Part shown: positions 52,195 through 61,309 of the stretch, one piece after another | Numbering within the stretch: position 1 is the first letter of the stretch | Layout of the letters: every line of letters starts with the position of its first letter | Assembly (NCBI GenBank): GCA_036918135.1 | Contig: JBALDB010000047.1 | Coordinates: 20,129-84,128 of the forward strand | Origin: Nostoc sp. | GTDB taxonomy: Bacteria; Cyanobacteriota; Cyanobacteriia; Cyanobacteriales; Nostocaceae | Reading direction: 5' to 3' | DNA: 64,000 nucleotides | Translations under genes and position numbers: made by a program | The notes under the pieces: generated by a model | Seen by the model: only the letters and a program-made list of their open reading frames with translations | Database searches by the model: none | Told to the model about the DNA's origin: nothing

Positions 52195-52260
52195 GGTAAT
52201 GGGTAATGGGTAATAGGTAATGGGTAATTATTTCTTTCCAATTACCAATTACCTATTATC
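52195..52260. repeat. STRR heptamer (GGTAATG) inverted array between convergent genes
   Basis: ggtaatgggtaatgggtaataggtaatgggtaatt ... aattaccaattacctattatc. Confidence 0.75.
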
Positions 52261-52321
52261 AAAAAGACCTACCATATTGTAAGTAATCAGCCGAACTTGA
52301 TATCAGTTGTTTTGTGCGTAA

Positions 52322-55300
52322 TTATGGCCCCCATACATCCGCAGCACTGTAATTCTTTGCCCGAATTAACTCAGACTGAGCGATTTTGACATCATCTTCA
52401 GCAAGGGCGCGGGCAATATCCGCCTCTTGCATCGCTTCACTGGATGCATTAATTTCTTGATACTTGGCAAGTTCTTGTTGAGCATTTTTCAGCCGTGTTT
52501 GAGCAACCTCCAGTTTGGCTTCAGCCGCCCGAACAGCAGCGCGGTTTCGCAATCCAAACTGTGCCCATTCTCGCTTCATGGGTGCGTGCAAGTAAGCATC
52601 CCGCTCCTCTGGCAAGTTTCTGTAAGCCTGCTCGGCATTGTAGTTTCGTTGCTGGGCTGCTGTGAGTTCAACTTCCGCTCGTCTGACTGCTGCGGCATCG
52701 CTTGCTGGCGTGTTCTTCAAAGCTTCGGTTTTTGTTGTTAGCTCTTTGGCGGCTGCATTCAATTCATCATAAATCTCTGTCCGTTTCGTGCTGTTGGTTC
52801 CCCAGACACTATTGTAAATTTCTTGGGTTTGCGAATACAGCGGATCGGAGCTTTGCATCGGTTCAGACCATGCCTTTTGCACCACATCCTTGCGGATTTG
52901 CAAATGGTTTGCTAAGTCATCGGGATTAGCGAATGTACCCTCTCCTACCTTCATGCGGGCGGCGTTATACCACTGACGAGCGTGGCGGGCTTCATGATAA
53001 GACACCTCCACCATGTCAAAAAATTCTCGTTCGCTAATTTCATTTTTGACAAACCATTCTTCCGGCAATTTCATCGACCAGCTTTTGGCATCAAAAAATC
53101 CTACCTTGCCCTTGACACTGCTTGCAGCAATTGCAGGCACTCCATCCGAGGCCAGGCGTTTATTTACAACTTCAGCCACTAAACCCGGTCTTGCGCCAAC
53201 CGGAATACCTCCCCAAGATTTCATGGCTTCGGCTCCAGCCGTACCTGCCGCAGGTGCGGTGGCTGCGGGAGCCTCTGGATTGCCTTGGCGCTGATTGAGG
53301 CGCGATCGCAATCCCGAAGCCCCTTCTGCCCCTTCTGTACCTTCCGCAGCCGTTGCCCCACTACCTGGCATTTCTGGCTTGACCCCTTTTGCCGCCGCTG
53401 CCGCTTCAACACCAACGGCTAGGGCACTGGTTAGTGTCACAATTCCCAATTCAATTTTTTTACTAAACGCTTCAGCTTCGGCAGCTGTTACCGCTTCTTT
53501 GGTCACCAGTTCGGTATCTTCCCCAGCAGAGGCTCCGCGAGCAGCAGCTAAATCGTTGGCTCGTGAGTCTGCTTTTAGTGCCCCGGCTGCGGCAACGCCC
53601 ACAGCGATGGCGGCTCCACCCATCGTCCCCACCACTCCTGCAACCATTGCGATGAACAGACCAGCATCAATGGCAAATTTAGCAGCAGCGGCGGCGGTAT
53701 CTTTGACATCTCGCTCATCATTCATCATCGGCAGATAAACCGCTCGCGACCAATTACGCGAACCACCGCCGCCAAAAAGTGCCGCATGAACTGGAGCGAA
53801 GTCAAGGGCATCAGCATCGCCCCCTTCCACCTTGTCACGCACACTTTGAATATTTTCAAGCACTTTGTTCAGTGTTGTTCGTACATTTCCAAGCCCTCCC
53901 TGAACTTGGTCGTTAGCAGCAAACGGATCGGCAGGCAACCCTCCCCCAGCATCTGGTACTTTGTCATAAGATTGATTGGCAAAAGCACTCAGCGCTCCCT
54001 GATTATCCGCAGCATAAAGGGCAGGCCAGGCGTTAAAGATGAGTGCAATCTCGGCAGTCACTTTATCCCAGGTACTTTTCACCCATTGCCAGCTTGTCAT
54101 ACCCTCGTAGAGAACAATGTCTTGGAAGCTTTCAGTCGGGTTACCCGGATCGAATTGACGGCGATCGAGTCCCACATGGATCTGCTTGAGTTCTTCTAGA
54201 TGCTGTTGGTGATTCTGCACCACTTTTGCCAGTTGAGCCTGTTCTTTGAGCTTTTCGGTTGGAGAAGACCCGCCCAAAGGAGGAGCTGTTGCTGCGGTCA
54301 TTAACTTGCTAGCCGCTTTCGGGCTGAGGAGTTTGGTTGAGGGAATAATGCCAAACTCAGCCATTTCGGCTACGACTTTTTCTTCATTCTTGTAGAGATT
54401 GTCAGTTACTTTGGCAAGAACTTCTTGCTTAAATTGAGCGTACTTACCTTTAACTTGGGGAATCGCTTCCGGGTCTACTCCCCGCTTCACACTGCGATTC
54501 CATAAATAGGGACTGCCTTCAACCGCTGCCTCAAAGCCGCCACCAAAACTCGCCCAGCAACGCTCCAGCGCTGACTCATCTCCTGGACCCACCCAACCCA
54601 AACCCAGGTCAGTCGCTTTATCAATCAACTTCAGCTTTTCTCCATCGGTTGCAACTGACCAATCAGTAATGTCTTTAAATGCAGATTGTGAGAAATCTTG
54701 CAGAGCTTTATCAATCAGTTGACGGGCATCTGTTTGGGCTGCTGTGGGAGTACTAGCATTAGGTGCAGTTCCAGGAGCAGAAGTACCTTGGGGCGTAGAC
54801 ATACCGCCTGTTTGCTCATCTCGCTGTAAAACACCGTCAAGTGTAGAGCCTGTGTGCTGCACAACATGGGTTAATTGATGGGTGGGTCTTTTACCTGCTC
54901 CAAAGTAGATGTCTTGTTTGTGTGTGAATGACTGAGCATTTAAGTCTCGGCTCATCTGCACCGCTTTATCACCCAGATGCTCCCCCACCCGAAAGCGCGG
55001 TTCCATCAACGATTGTCCTGCTTTCGGTAATTGGCTACCTTCAATGCTGGCATTCAATCGACTATCAATATTATCCCCTAGCTGTAGGTCTTCATCAGTA
55101 GCCGATTGTCTGGCTGGCTTAGTTTGTACTTTCTCTTCTTCCTCCTCACAAGCTGTACATTTGCGCTGCAAAGAATCTTGTACGGGGTGTACGCTAGGAG
55201 CATTAACTCGATTTGGCACAACCATCTGCATTACCTGATTTGCCATCCAATCCGCTTCTTGCTCATACTTGTCCCCTGGTTCTCCCACTGTCAGTTTTGG

Positions 55301-55564
55301 CTGGGGACGATGCAAAGCTATACGACTAATGTCGTGAACAAAAGAGCGTTGCTCAATAGTTTCTGAGAACAAAGATTCCTCATCAGCAGACTGCTCTTGT
55401 TCGAGGTCGGTTGATTCTGAGGTTGCTGTTTGGACGAGATTATTCGTTGGTAAACCAAAGCCTCGCACTGGATTTGCCAACGTCGGAGTATTTGGTGAGA
55501 CGAGCGATGGATTTGAAAAATTTGATTTACCTGCTTTTTTGTGCCTAAACGTGTAATCGTTCAT
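52322..55564 (-). CDS. DUF4157 (eCIS-core)-like protein with variable C-terminal HExxH domain
   Basis: PQPKLTVGEPGDKYEQEAD, LQRKC, MEPRF...AQSFT..QDIYF...HQLTHVVQ, hydrophobic helices, YHEARH. Confidence 0.82.
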   Translation of the reverse strand: MNDYTFRHKKAGKSNFSNPSLVSPNTPTLANPVRGFGLPTNNLVQTATSESTDLEQEQSADEESLFSETIEQRSFVHDISRIALHRPQPKLTVGEPGDKYEQEADWMANQVMQMVVPNRVNAPSVHPVQDSLQRKCTACEEEEEKVQTKPARQSATDEDLQLGDNIDSRLNASIEGSQLPKAGQSLMEPRFRVGEHLGDKAVQMSRDLNAQSFTHKQDIYFGAGKRPTHQLTHVVQHTGSTLDGVLQRDEQTGGMSTPQGTSAPGTAPNASTPTAAQTDARQLIDKALQDFSQSAFKDITDWSVATDGEKLKLIDKATDLGLGWVGPGDESALERCWASFGGGFEAAVEGSPYLWNRSVKRGVDPEAIPQVKGKYAQFKQEVLAKVTDNLYKNEEKVVAEMAEFGIIPSTKLLSPKAASKLMTAATAPPLGGSSPTEKLKEQAQLAKVVQNHQQHLEELKQIHVGLDRRQFDPGNPTESFQDIVLYEGMTSWQWVKSTWDKVTAEIALIFNAWPALYAADNQGALSAFANQSYDKVPDAGGGLPADPFAANDQVQGGLGNVRTTLNKVLENIQSVRDKVEGGDADALDFAPVHAALFGGGGSRNWSRAVYLPMMNDERDVKDTAAAAAKFAIDAGLFIAMVAGVVGTMGGAAIAVGVAAAGALKADSRANDLAAARGASAGEDTELVTKEAVTAAEAEAFSKKIELGIVTLTSALAVGVEAAAAAKGVKPEMPGSGATAAEGTEGAEGASGLRSRLNQRQGNPEAPAATAPAAGTAGAEAMKSWGGIPVGARPGLVAEVVNKRLASDGVPAIAASSVKGKVGFFDAKSWSMKLPEEWFVKNEISEREFFDMVEVSYHEARHARQWYNAARMKVGEGTFANPDDLANHLQIRKDVVQKAWSEPMQSSDPLYSQTQEIYNSVWGTNSTKRTEIYDELNAAAKELTTKTEALKNTPASDAAAVRRAEVELTAAQQRNYNAEQAYRNLPEERDAYLHAPMKREWAQFGLRNRAAVRAAEAKLEVAQTRLKNAQQELAKYQEINASSEAMQEADIARALAEDDVKIAQSELIRAKNYSAADVWGP

Positions 55565-55760
55565 CTCACCCTTTCTCCATTGGTGGGTAAAGCCCCGATT
55601 TTTACTTTCACGCCTTTTTAGCAAATTTTACAATTTGTGTAAATGCGATCGCTATCGACTTTAGTCTAGTTACTGATATTTACTGATAATGATAATCTAA
55701 TAGCAGCTTTAGTCTCTCTAGCTATAATTGAGTCCGACAATCTTTCTTGATATTATGTAG

Positions 55761-55797
55761 ATTTTTAGACAAAAAACTCTTATTTTTGTCTAAAAAT
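55761..55797. promoter_or_regulatory. Perfect 15-bp inverted repeat upstream of the DUF4157 gene
   Basis: ATTTTTAGACAAAAA-actctta-TTTTTGTCTAAAAAT. Confidence 0.45.
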
Positions 55798-56143
55798 ATA
55801 TAACAATTCTAAATGAGTTGTCAGAAAATTCAATCCCTTGCTAACCTTATCCCCCTTTAGTAAAGAAGTATTATAGGAAGCGTTCCTATTCAATCTTTTT
55901 CACTCCTCAAGGTAACAAATTACTTGTTACGTCCAACCAGCGCAACCAGTACCGAGTTCGCACTTTTTTTATTACTTGCTACGTTTCCAAATATAAGCTT
56001 GTAATACCAATCTAATGACGACCATTTTTATAGTGTTATTTTAAATTGCAATACTCATTTTTTATTAACAAAAAATTAATAAATTCCTCTTGATAGTAGA
56101 AAAAACGTAATATTTTTATTTGAATAATTTACTCATAAAAAAC

Positions 56144-56629
56144 TTAGTCTGCTTGAGGTGCTTTTGGGAAGATTGCATCGCTGATGGTGCGTTCAGCAAT
56201 TGGAACTGAAAGCACAATGGAAGTCGTGACTGTAGCGTAAGGGATGAAGCGATCGACGACTTGCTCTAGGTGACTGACAGATGTAACGGCCACCTTAACC
56301 AAATAATGGTCATTACCCGCCACTCGATAGCAAGATAGGACTTCAGGACATTCATGTAGCAGCGATCGCATCCTGTAGCATCCCTCTCCAAATGCTTTGA
56401 TTGTGATGAAAGCTGTGATGGTTAACCCTAACTTGTTTAAATCCAACTTAGCTTGATACCCAGTAATAATCCCTGATTCTTCGAGTCGGCGAACTCTTTC
56501 TGCAACTGCTGGTGCAGATAATCCCACTCGTTTCCCCAATTCTTTAAAAGGAATCCGGGCATCTTCTTGCAGGATCGTGAGAATCTGCCAACTTGTCTCA
56601 TCTAAAAGCTTCTGGACGTTGTGTATCAC
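56144..56629 (-). CDS. Lrp/AsnC transcriptional regulator
   Basis: LQEDARIPFKELGKRVGLSAPAVAERVRRLEESGIITGY. Confidence 0.93.
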   Translation of the reverse strand: MIHNVQKLLDETSWQILTILQEDARIPFKELGKRVGLSAPAVAERVRRLEESGIITGYQAKLDLNKLGLTITAFITIKAFGEGCYRMRSLLHECPEVLSCYRVAGNDHYLVKVAVTSVSHLEQVVDRFIPYATVTTSIVLSVPIAERTISDAIFPKAPQAD

Positions 56630-56770
56630 TTGATTAAATAAATAAGGTTTAAATTGGCAAATACCTTTTTATTTTAAGTAAAAAGTCTTTAATTAATTAC
56701 TTGATGTATTTATTTTGGCATATTTGATTTATAGAATTAAATCTATTAACTGGAGTAATTTATCTAGTCT

Positions 56771-57415
56771 ATGACTCTAGCGATCGCCATCACCTCAGAT
56801 TTTATTTGCCCCTGGTGTTTGGTTGCACATATACGGCTGAATCGAGCTATTGAACAACTTAGCTCTCCTATTGCCATTCAGCGAATCTGGTATCCCTTTG
56901 AGCTAAACCCTGACATGCCTATAGCAGGTATGAACCGCAAAACTTATCGTTCTCAAAAATTTGGCAGTTGGGAACATTCGCAATTGTTAGATGCAAAAAC
57001 GATACAGGCTACTCTTGCAGATGAAATTGAGTTTCGCTATGACTTGATGCAGGTGACACCCAACACGCTCAATGCTCATCGCTTGACTTGGTTCGCAGCT
57101 GGGGAAGGTAAAGCGACTGAAATGGCTGAAAGTATCCTAGCCGCCTACTTCACCCAAGGGCAGAATATCGGTGAAATTGAAATCTTAGTCAATCTTGCGG
57201 TTGAGGTTGGCATTGATGCAGGTAAAGCCAAAGCATTCTTGTTGTCTACTCAAGGCATTCAGTCAGTCAAGGAATTGGAACAGCAAGCGAGTGCCCAAGG
57301 AATTCACGGCGTTCCAGCAATTCGCATTGGGAAAAAGATTTTATCAGGGGCACAACCTGTTGAGGTATTTGTAGCTGCTTTGCAAGCCGAGATGAATGAA
57401 TTGCAGGCAGTATGA
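56771..57415 (+). CDS. DsbA/FrnE-family oxidoreductase
   Basis: SDFICPWC, PFELNP, GVP, SGAQP. Confidence 0.9.
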   Translation: MTLAIAITSDFICPWCLVAHIRLNRAIEQLSSPIAIQRIWYPFELNPDMPIAGMNRKTYRSQKFGSWEHSQLLDAKTIQATLADEIEFRYDLMQVTPNTLNAHRLTWFAAGEGKATEMAESILAAYFTQGQNIGEIEILVNLAVEVGIDAGKAKAFLLSTQGIQSVKELEQQASAQGIHGVPAIRIGKKILSGAQPVEVFVAALQAEMNELQAV

Positions 57416-57625
57416 CCAAATTAAGCAGGGGGGCAGGGGGCAAGGGGGAAAACAAAAAACTCGAAAATTGTTGTCTTCTATATCTCTACAATCTGGTCGC
57501 AAGAAAACGAATGCATTCATGGAAATTCCCCTTTTCTCCTCATCTTCTCCCCTGCTCAGAGCTCCCTGCCCCTCTACCTGTTCACTGACAAGGCATTTAC
57601 TTGGTTCTTTTTACTTTATATATCT

Positions 57626-58903
57626 ATGACAGATCGGTCAAACTTATCTTCTCAAATTAGAAAAGTCAGACTCTACGGACAACCAAACTCGCCACAAGCC
57701 TACGAAATTCGAGATTTTCTCAATCGTAGTGTTGTTAAATTTGACTGGATTGAGCTTTCTTGTGATGAAGATTGTTATCAAGCACTCGGTCTAGCAACGT
57801 TAAGTGATATTCGCTTGCCAGTTATGGAATTTCCCGATGGTACACAGATATTTGCTCCCACGATTCGGGAAATTGCCCAACGCCTGGGTTGGGTGACACA
57901 ACCCAAGTTAAAAGAATACGATCTCTCAATTTATGGAGCGGGGCCTGCTGGGTTAAGTGCTGCGGTTTATGCTGCATCTGAAGGATTACGCACGGTTTTA
58001 ATTGAACGACATGCCGTTGGCGGACAGGCTGGCACGAGTTCTTTGATTGAGAACTACATGGGATTCCCCCAAGGAATTAGCGGCGCTGACTTGGCAGAAC
58101 GAGCGCGTCAGCAGGCAGTTAAATTTGGAGTTGAATTGCTACTCTTGCGCGAAGGGATTAAAGCCGAATTCAAAAACAACCGCATTTATGTAGACATGGC
58201 AGATGGTAGCAAAATGATTGCTCGTGCCAACATTTGTGCCACAGGAGTTGAGTATCAACGGCTGAATCTTGTTAATGAAGACCGATTTCTCAATGTCGGG
58301 TTGTTTTATGGTGCTGGTGTTAGCGAAGCGCTAATGTGTCAGGGAAAACATATTTTTGTTGTGGGTGGTGGTAACTCAGCTGGTCAAGCTGCGATTTATT
58401 TCTCCGAGCAGGCCAAAAAGGTAACTATGCTGGTTCGGGGTGATAATTTGGCAGCGACTCTATCCCAGTACCTGATTAACCGAATTACAAACACCAGCAA
58501 TATTGAAGTACTTTTCAACGCCCAGGTGACAGGGCTAGCCGGGGGTACAACGCTGCAACAAATTGAAATTAGCAACAGCCGTGATGGTTCAGTGCAGCAG
58601 GTTGATACCCAACGCCTGTTTGTGTGTATTGGTGGTGCGCCCAACACAGAATGGGCGAAGGATACGAATATTATTCGCGATCGTGCGGGTTATTTAATTA
58701 CAGGTTCAGACCTGCTCAAGGAGGGTTGTTTGCCTAAATGTTGGACACTTGAACGCGACCCATTCTTTTTAGAAACCAGTGTCCCTGGTTCCTTTGCGGC
58801 TGGGGATGTCCGGCACGGTTCGGTTAAACGAGTTGCTTCAGCGGTGGGTGAGGGAGCAATGGCAGTGACATTTGTCCACAAATATTTAGAGGAAACAGAA
58901 TGA
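57626..58903 (+). CDS. Thioredoxin-reductase-like flavoprotein with N-terminal glutaredoxin-like segment
   Basis: GAGPAGLSAA, GGQAGTSSLIENYMGFP, GGGNSA, AAGDVRHGSVKRVASAVGEG. Confidence 0.88.
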   Translation: MTDRSNLSSQIRKVRLYGQPNSPQAYEIRDFLNRSVVKFDWIELSCDEDCYQALGLATLSDIRLPVMEFPDGTQIFAPTIREIAQRLGWVTQPKLKEYDLSIYGAGPAGLSAAVYAASEGLRTVLIERHAVGGQAGTSSLIENYMGFPQGISGADLAERARQQAVKFGVELLLLREGIKAEFKNNRIYVDMADGSKMIARANICATGVEYQRLNLVNEDRFLNVGLFYGAGVSEALMCQGKHIFVVGGGNSAGQAAIYFSEQAKKVTMLVRGDNLAATLSQYLINRITNTSNIEVLFNAQVTGLAGGTTLQQIEISNSRDGSVQQVDTQRLFVCIGGAPNTEWAKDTNIIRDRAGYLITGSDLLKEGCLPKCWTLERDPFFLETSVPGSFAAGDVRHGSVKRVASAVGEGAMAVTFVHKYLEETE

Positions 58904-60069
58904 AATCGACAGGTAATCGTGCCATTGTCATTGGTGGCTCGCTAGCAGGACTATTTGCTGGTACACTCTTACGCTCTATAGGTTGGCAAGTAGATATTTA
59001 TGAGCGATCGCCTCATACACTCGATAGTCGTGGGGGCGGTGTTGTCTTGCAGCCAGATGTAGTAGAGGCATTTCAACGCGCAGGAATTCCCCACGAGGCT
59101 TTAGGTGTGCCAGCACGCGAACGCTACTATCTGCAACGGGATGGCAGCATCCAGCGCATGGCGATGCGTCAAACTTTAACCTCTTGGAATCTGCTTTATG
59201 GCAACCTGCGGCGACATTTTCCGGATGCCCACTACCATCAAGGAAAAGTGCTGACAAATTTTCAACAAGAAGGCGAACAGGTTGTTGCAATTTTTGCTAA
59301 TGGTACTCGTGAAATTAGCGATTTGCTAATCGGTGCTGATGGCGCAAATTCCACCATGCGTCAACTGCTGTTGCCGACTTACAGCCCACTATATGCTGGC
59401 TATGTTGGCTATCGCGGCTTGGTTAACGAATCAGATTTAGACCCACAAACGGCGGCAATTTTTACAGAACGATTTGTGTTCTATCAGTTTCGCAATTCTC
59501 ATATTCTGCAATATGTAATTCCCGGAGAGAATGAGTCACTGGTACCGGGAGAACGGCGGTTTAACTGGGTTTGGTATGTCAATTATGACCAAAAGACAGA
59601 ACTGCCCCGCATTCTGACAGACAAGCATGGCAAACAGCGAGACTACTCGATTCCACCGGGAATGATGGCTGCCGACGTTGAAGACCAAATGCGCTCCTAT
59701 GCAAATCGCGTGCTAGTTCCGCCATTTCAGAAATTAATTGCGGCGACAAAAGAGCCGTTTGTCCAAGCTATTTTGGATCTGGGTGTCCCGCAAATGGCAT
59801 TCGGTCGGATTGCGCTACTTGGGGACGCGGCATTTATTCCTCGACCGCATACAGCAGCGAGTGTATCTAAAGGAGCTGCAAATGCGATCGCTCTTGCTGA
59901 TACCTTAGTTGCTCAGAATCATCATGTTAAGAGTGCGCTGAATATCTGGGAAACCGAGCAGCTGAGATTGGGAATGCATTTGTGGAAAACTGGACAGGAG
60001 CTAGGTGAGCGTTCTCAGTTTATGTATGGCACATCTCGGTTTGATGAACCCGTTGTGCAACAGGCTTAA
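58900..60069 (+). CDS. FAD-dependent monooxygenase (2,6-dihydroxypyridine hydroxylase-like)
   Basis: GGSLAG, GADG, YAGYVGYRG, NWVWY, LGDAAFIPRPHTA. Confidence 0.85.
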   Translation: MKSTGNRAIVIGGSLAGLFAGTLLRSIGWQVDIYERSPHTLDSRGGGVVLQPDVVEAFQRAGIPHEALGVPARERYYLQRDGSIQRMAMRQTLTSWNLLYGNLRRHFPDAHYHQGKVLTNFQQEGEQVVAIFANGTREISDLLIGADGANSTMRQLLLPTYSPLYAGYVGYRGLVNESDLDPQTAAIFTERFVFYQFRNSHILQYVIPGENESLVPGERRFNWVWYVNYDQKTELPRILTDKHGKQRDYSIPPGMMAADVEDQMRSYANRVLVPPFQKLIAATKEPFVQAILDLGVPQMAFGRIALLGDAAFIPRPHTAASVSKGAANAIALADTLVAQNHHVKSALNIWETEQLRLGMHLWKTGQELGERSQFMYGTSRFDEPVVQQA

Positions 60070-60256
60070 AAGTTGATGTCTCAAGCTCCAAATCAGTCAA
60101 CCTCACTCATCAGCCTCAGCCGTTTTGAAGCGTTTAATGTTGAAACGGCTGGCAAAGTCTTCTTCGATTATTTCATAATCATTTACAAACAGCCTTTGAT
60201 ATCAATTCCATCACTACCGCCTGCGATCGGCCTTCAAAATCTCAACTTTCAACCTT

Positions 60257-60478
60257 TGAACTCGAAAGTTGCACCTTTTTACTCGAACGTTGAGCCTCTG
60301 AACTCGGAAGTTGCACCTTTTTACTCGAACATTGAGCTTCTGAACTCGGAAGTTGCACCTTTTTGCTGGAACGTTGAGCCTCTGAACTCGGAAGTTGCAC
60401 CTTTTTGCTGGAACGTTGAGCCTCTGAACTCGGAAGTTGCACCTTTTTACTCGAACGTTGAGCCTCTGAACTTGGAAT
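60257..60478. repeat. 42-bp tandem repeat (2 x 21-bp subunits), five full units plus a partial
   Basis: Units start at 60257, 60299, 60341, 60383, 60425, 60467: tgaactcggaagttgcacctttttactcgaacgttgagcctc. Confidence 0.9.
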
Positions 60479-60554
60479 GTCGTGCTTTTAACTCCAGCAT
60501 CCAATTTCTGAGCTTCAACGTTGCACCTCAAAAGTGCAACTACCGAGCTATTTT

Positions 60555-61028
60555 CTACAACGCTGCTTTTTGAGACTTGGGCTTTCCAGGTTTACGAGCA
60601 AATCGTTGTCCCATTTCCCCAACCACTGCATCTAAACCCGCACCTTGTCCACTAACTTTGGCATAGTTATATACCTGCAACGCGGCTGCATAAGCTTCGC
60701 TACCAACTGCAAGAGCTGTATCATTCACCAACTCTTGTAACTGCGTCAACGACAACAACACCGGATACAACGCTTCAAATAATTGTATGTCCTTCCGCAT
60801 CTCTTCCAAGTCGAATGAACGCGGTAAAAACTCTGGATTCTGCGCCGCCACTTCTAATGCTTTGCTGACAAAAGCGCGACTCTTATCACCCATCTTCGGT
60901 AAAGCTTTTCGCTCCTCGGAACTCAAATCAACCAAAAATGGTAACTTTTCTTTAATAGTGCTAATTGCTTGCAACACTGCATCTCTCTCTGTTTGCGATA
61001 GTGTTGCGCTAATTGGGGTCGTAGACAT
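60555..61028 (-). CDS. Conserved hypothetical helical protein
   Basis: LPFLVDLSSEERKALPKMGDKSRAFV...GSEAYAAAL.VY pattern resembles a widespread uncharacterised family. Confidence 0.8.
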   Translation of the reverse strand: MSTTPISATLSQTERDAVLQAISTIKEKLPFLVDLSSEERKALPKMGDKSRAFVSKALEVAAQNPEFLPRSFDLEEMRKDIQLFEALYPVLLSLTQLQELVNDTALAVGSEAYAAALQVYNYAKVSGQGAGLDAVVGEMGQRFARKPGKPKSQKAAL

Positions 61029-61133
61029 AGAAATTACTCTCCGGTATGTTTCTTAAATCTAGAGTGCCCAGATATACAATTTAAATTTATACTTGTAGAG
61101 CTAAGCTAGTTATCGTCAAACAATTTCAGATTT

Positions 61134-61273
61134 TACAGCAGATTGCAAGTGAGGTACAAAATGCAGGACTGATTCATCAGATACAAAGAGTTTCTACCTT
61201 CTGCCTCCAGCAAGAACTGCCTCCTGCCTCAAAACCCCTAACTTTGTACTTCATGCAAATGAAAACTGCTGTA
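61134..61273. mobile_element. MITE (copy 2)
   Basis: TACAGCAG...AAACTGCTGTA termini; aligns with 20208-20416 minus the nested insert. Confidence 0.75.
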
Positions 61274-61309
61274 GATTGAGCGACACCAGAGCAATCTCAA
61301 ATCCCAAAT

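Noticed and set aside
52427..55366. Plus-strand ORFs antisense to the DUF4157 gene, and similar shadow ORFs elsewhere
   Set aside because: Antisense or alternate-frame shadows of well-supported genes.
60070..60215. Minus-strand gene relic (VNDYEIIEEDFASRFNIKRFKTAEADE*)
   Set aside because: Protein-like but too short to assign without a search.
60257..60478. CRISPR array
   Set aside because: Units are contiguous with no unique spacers, and no cas genes are present.
60073..60573. ORFs 60073-60573 (+), 60214-60531 (-) and 60242-60442 (-) as genes
   Set aside because: They stay open because the 42-bp repeat is a multiple of three and stop-free in those frames.
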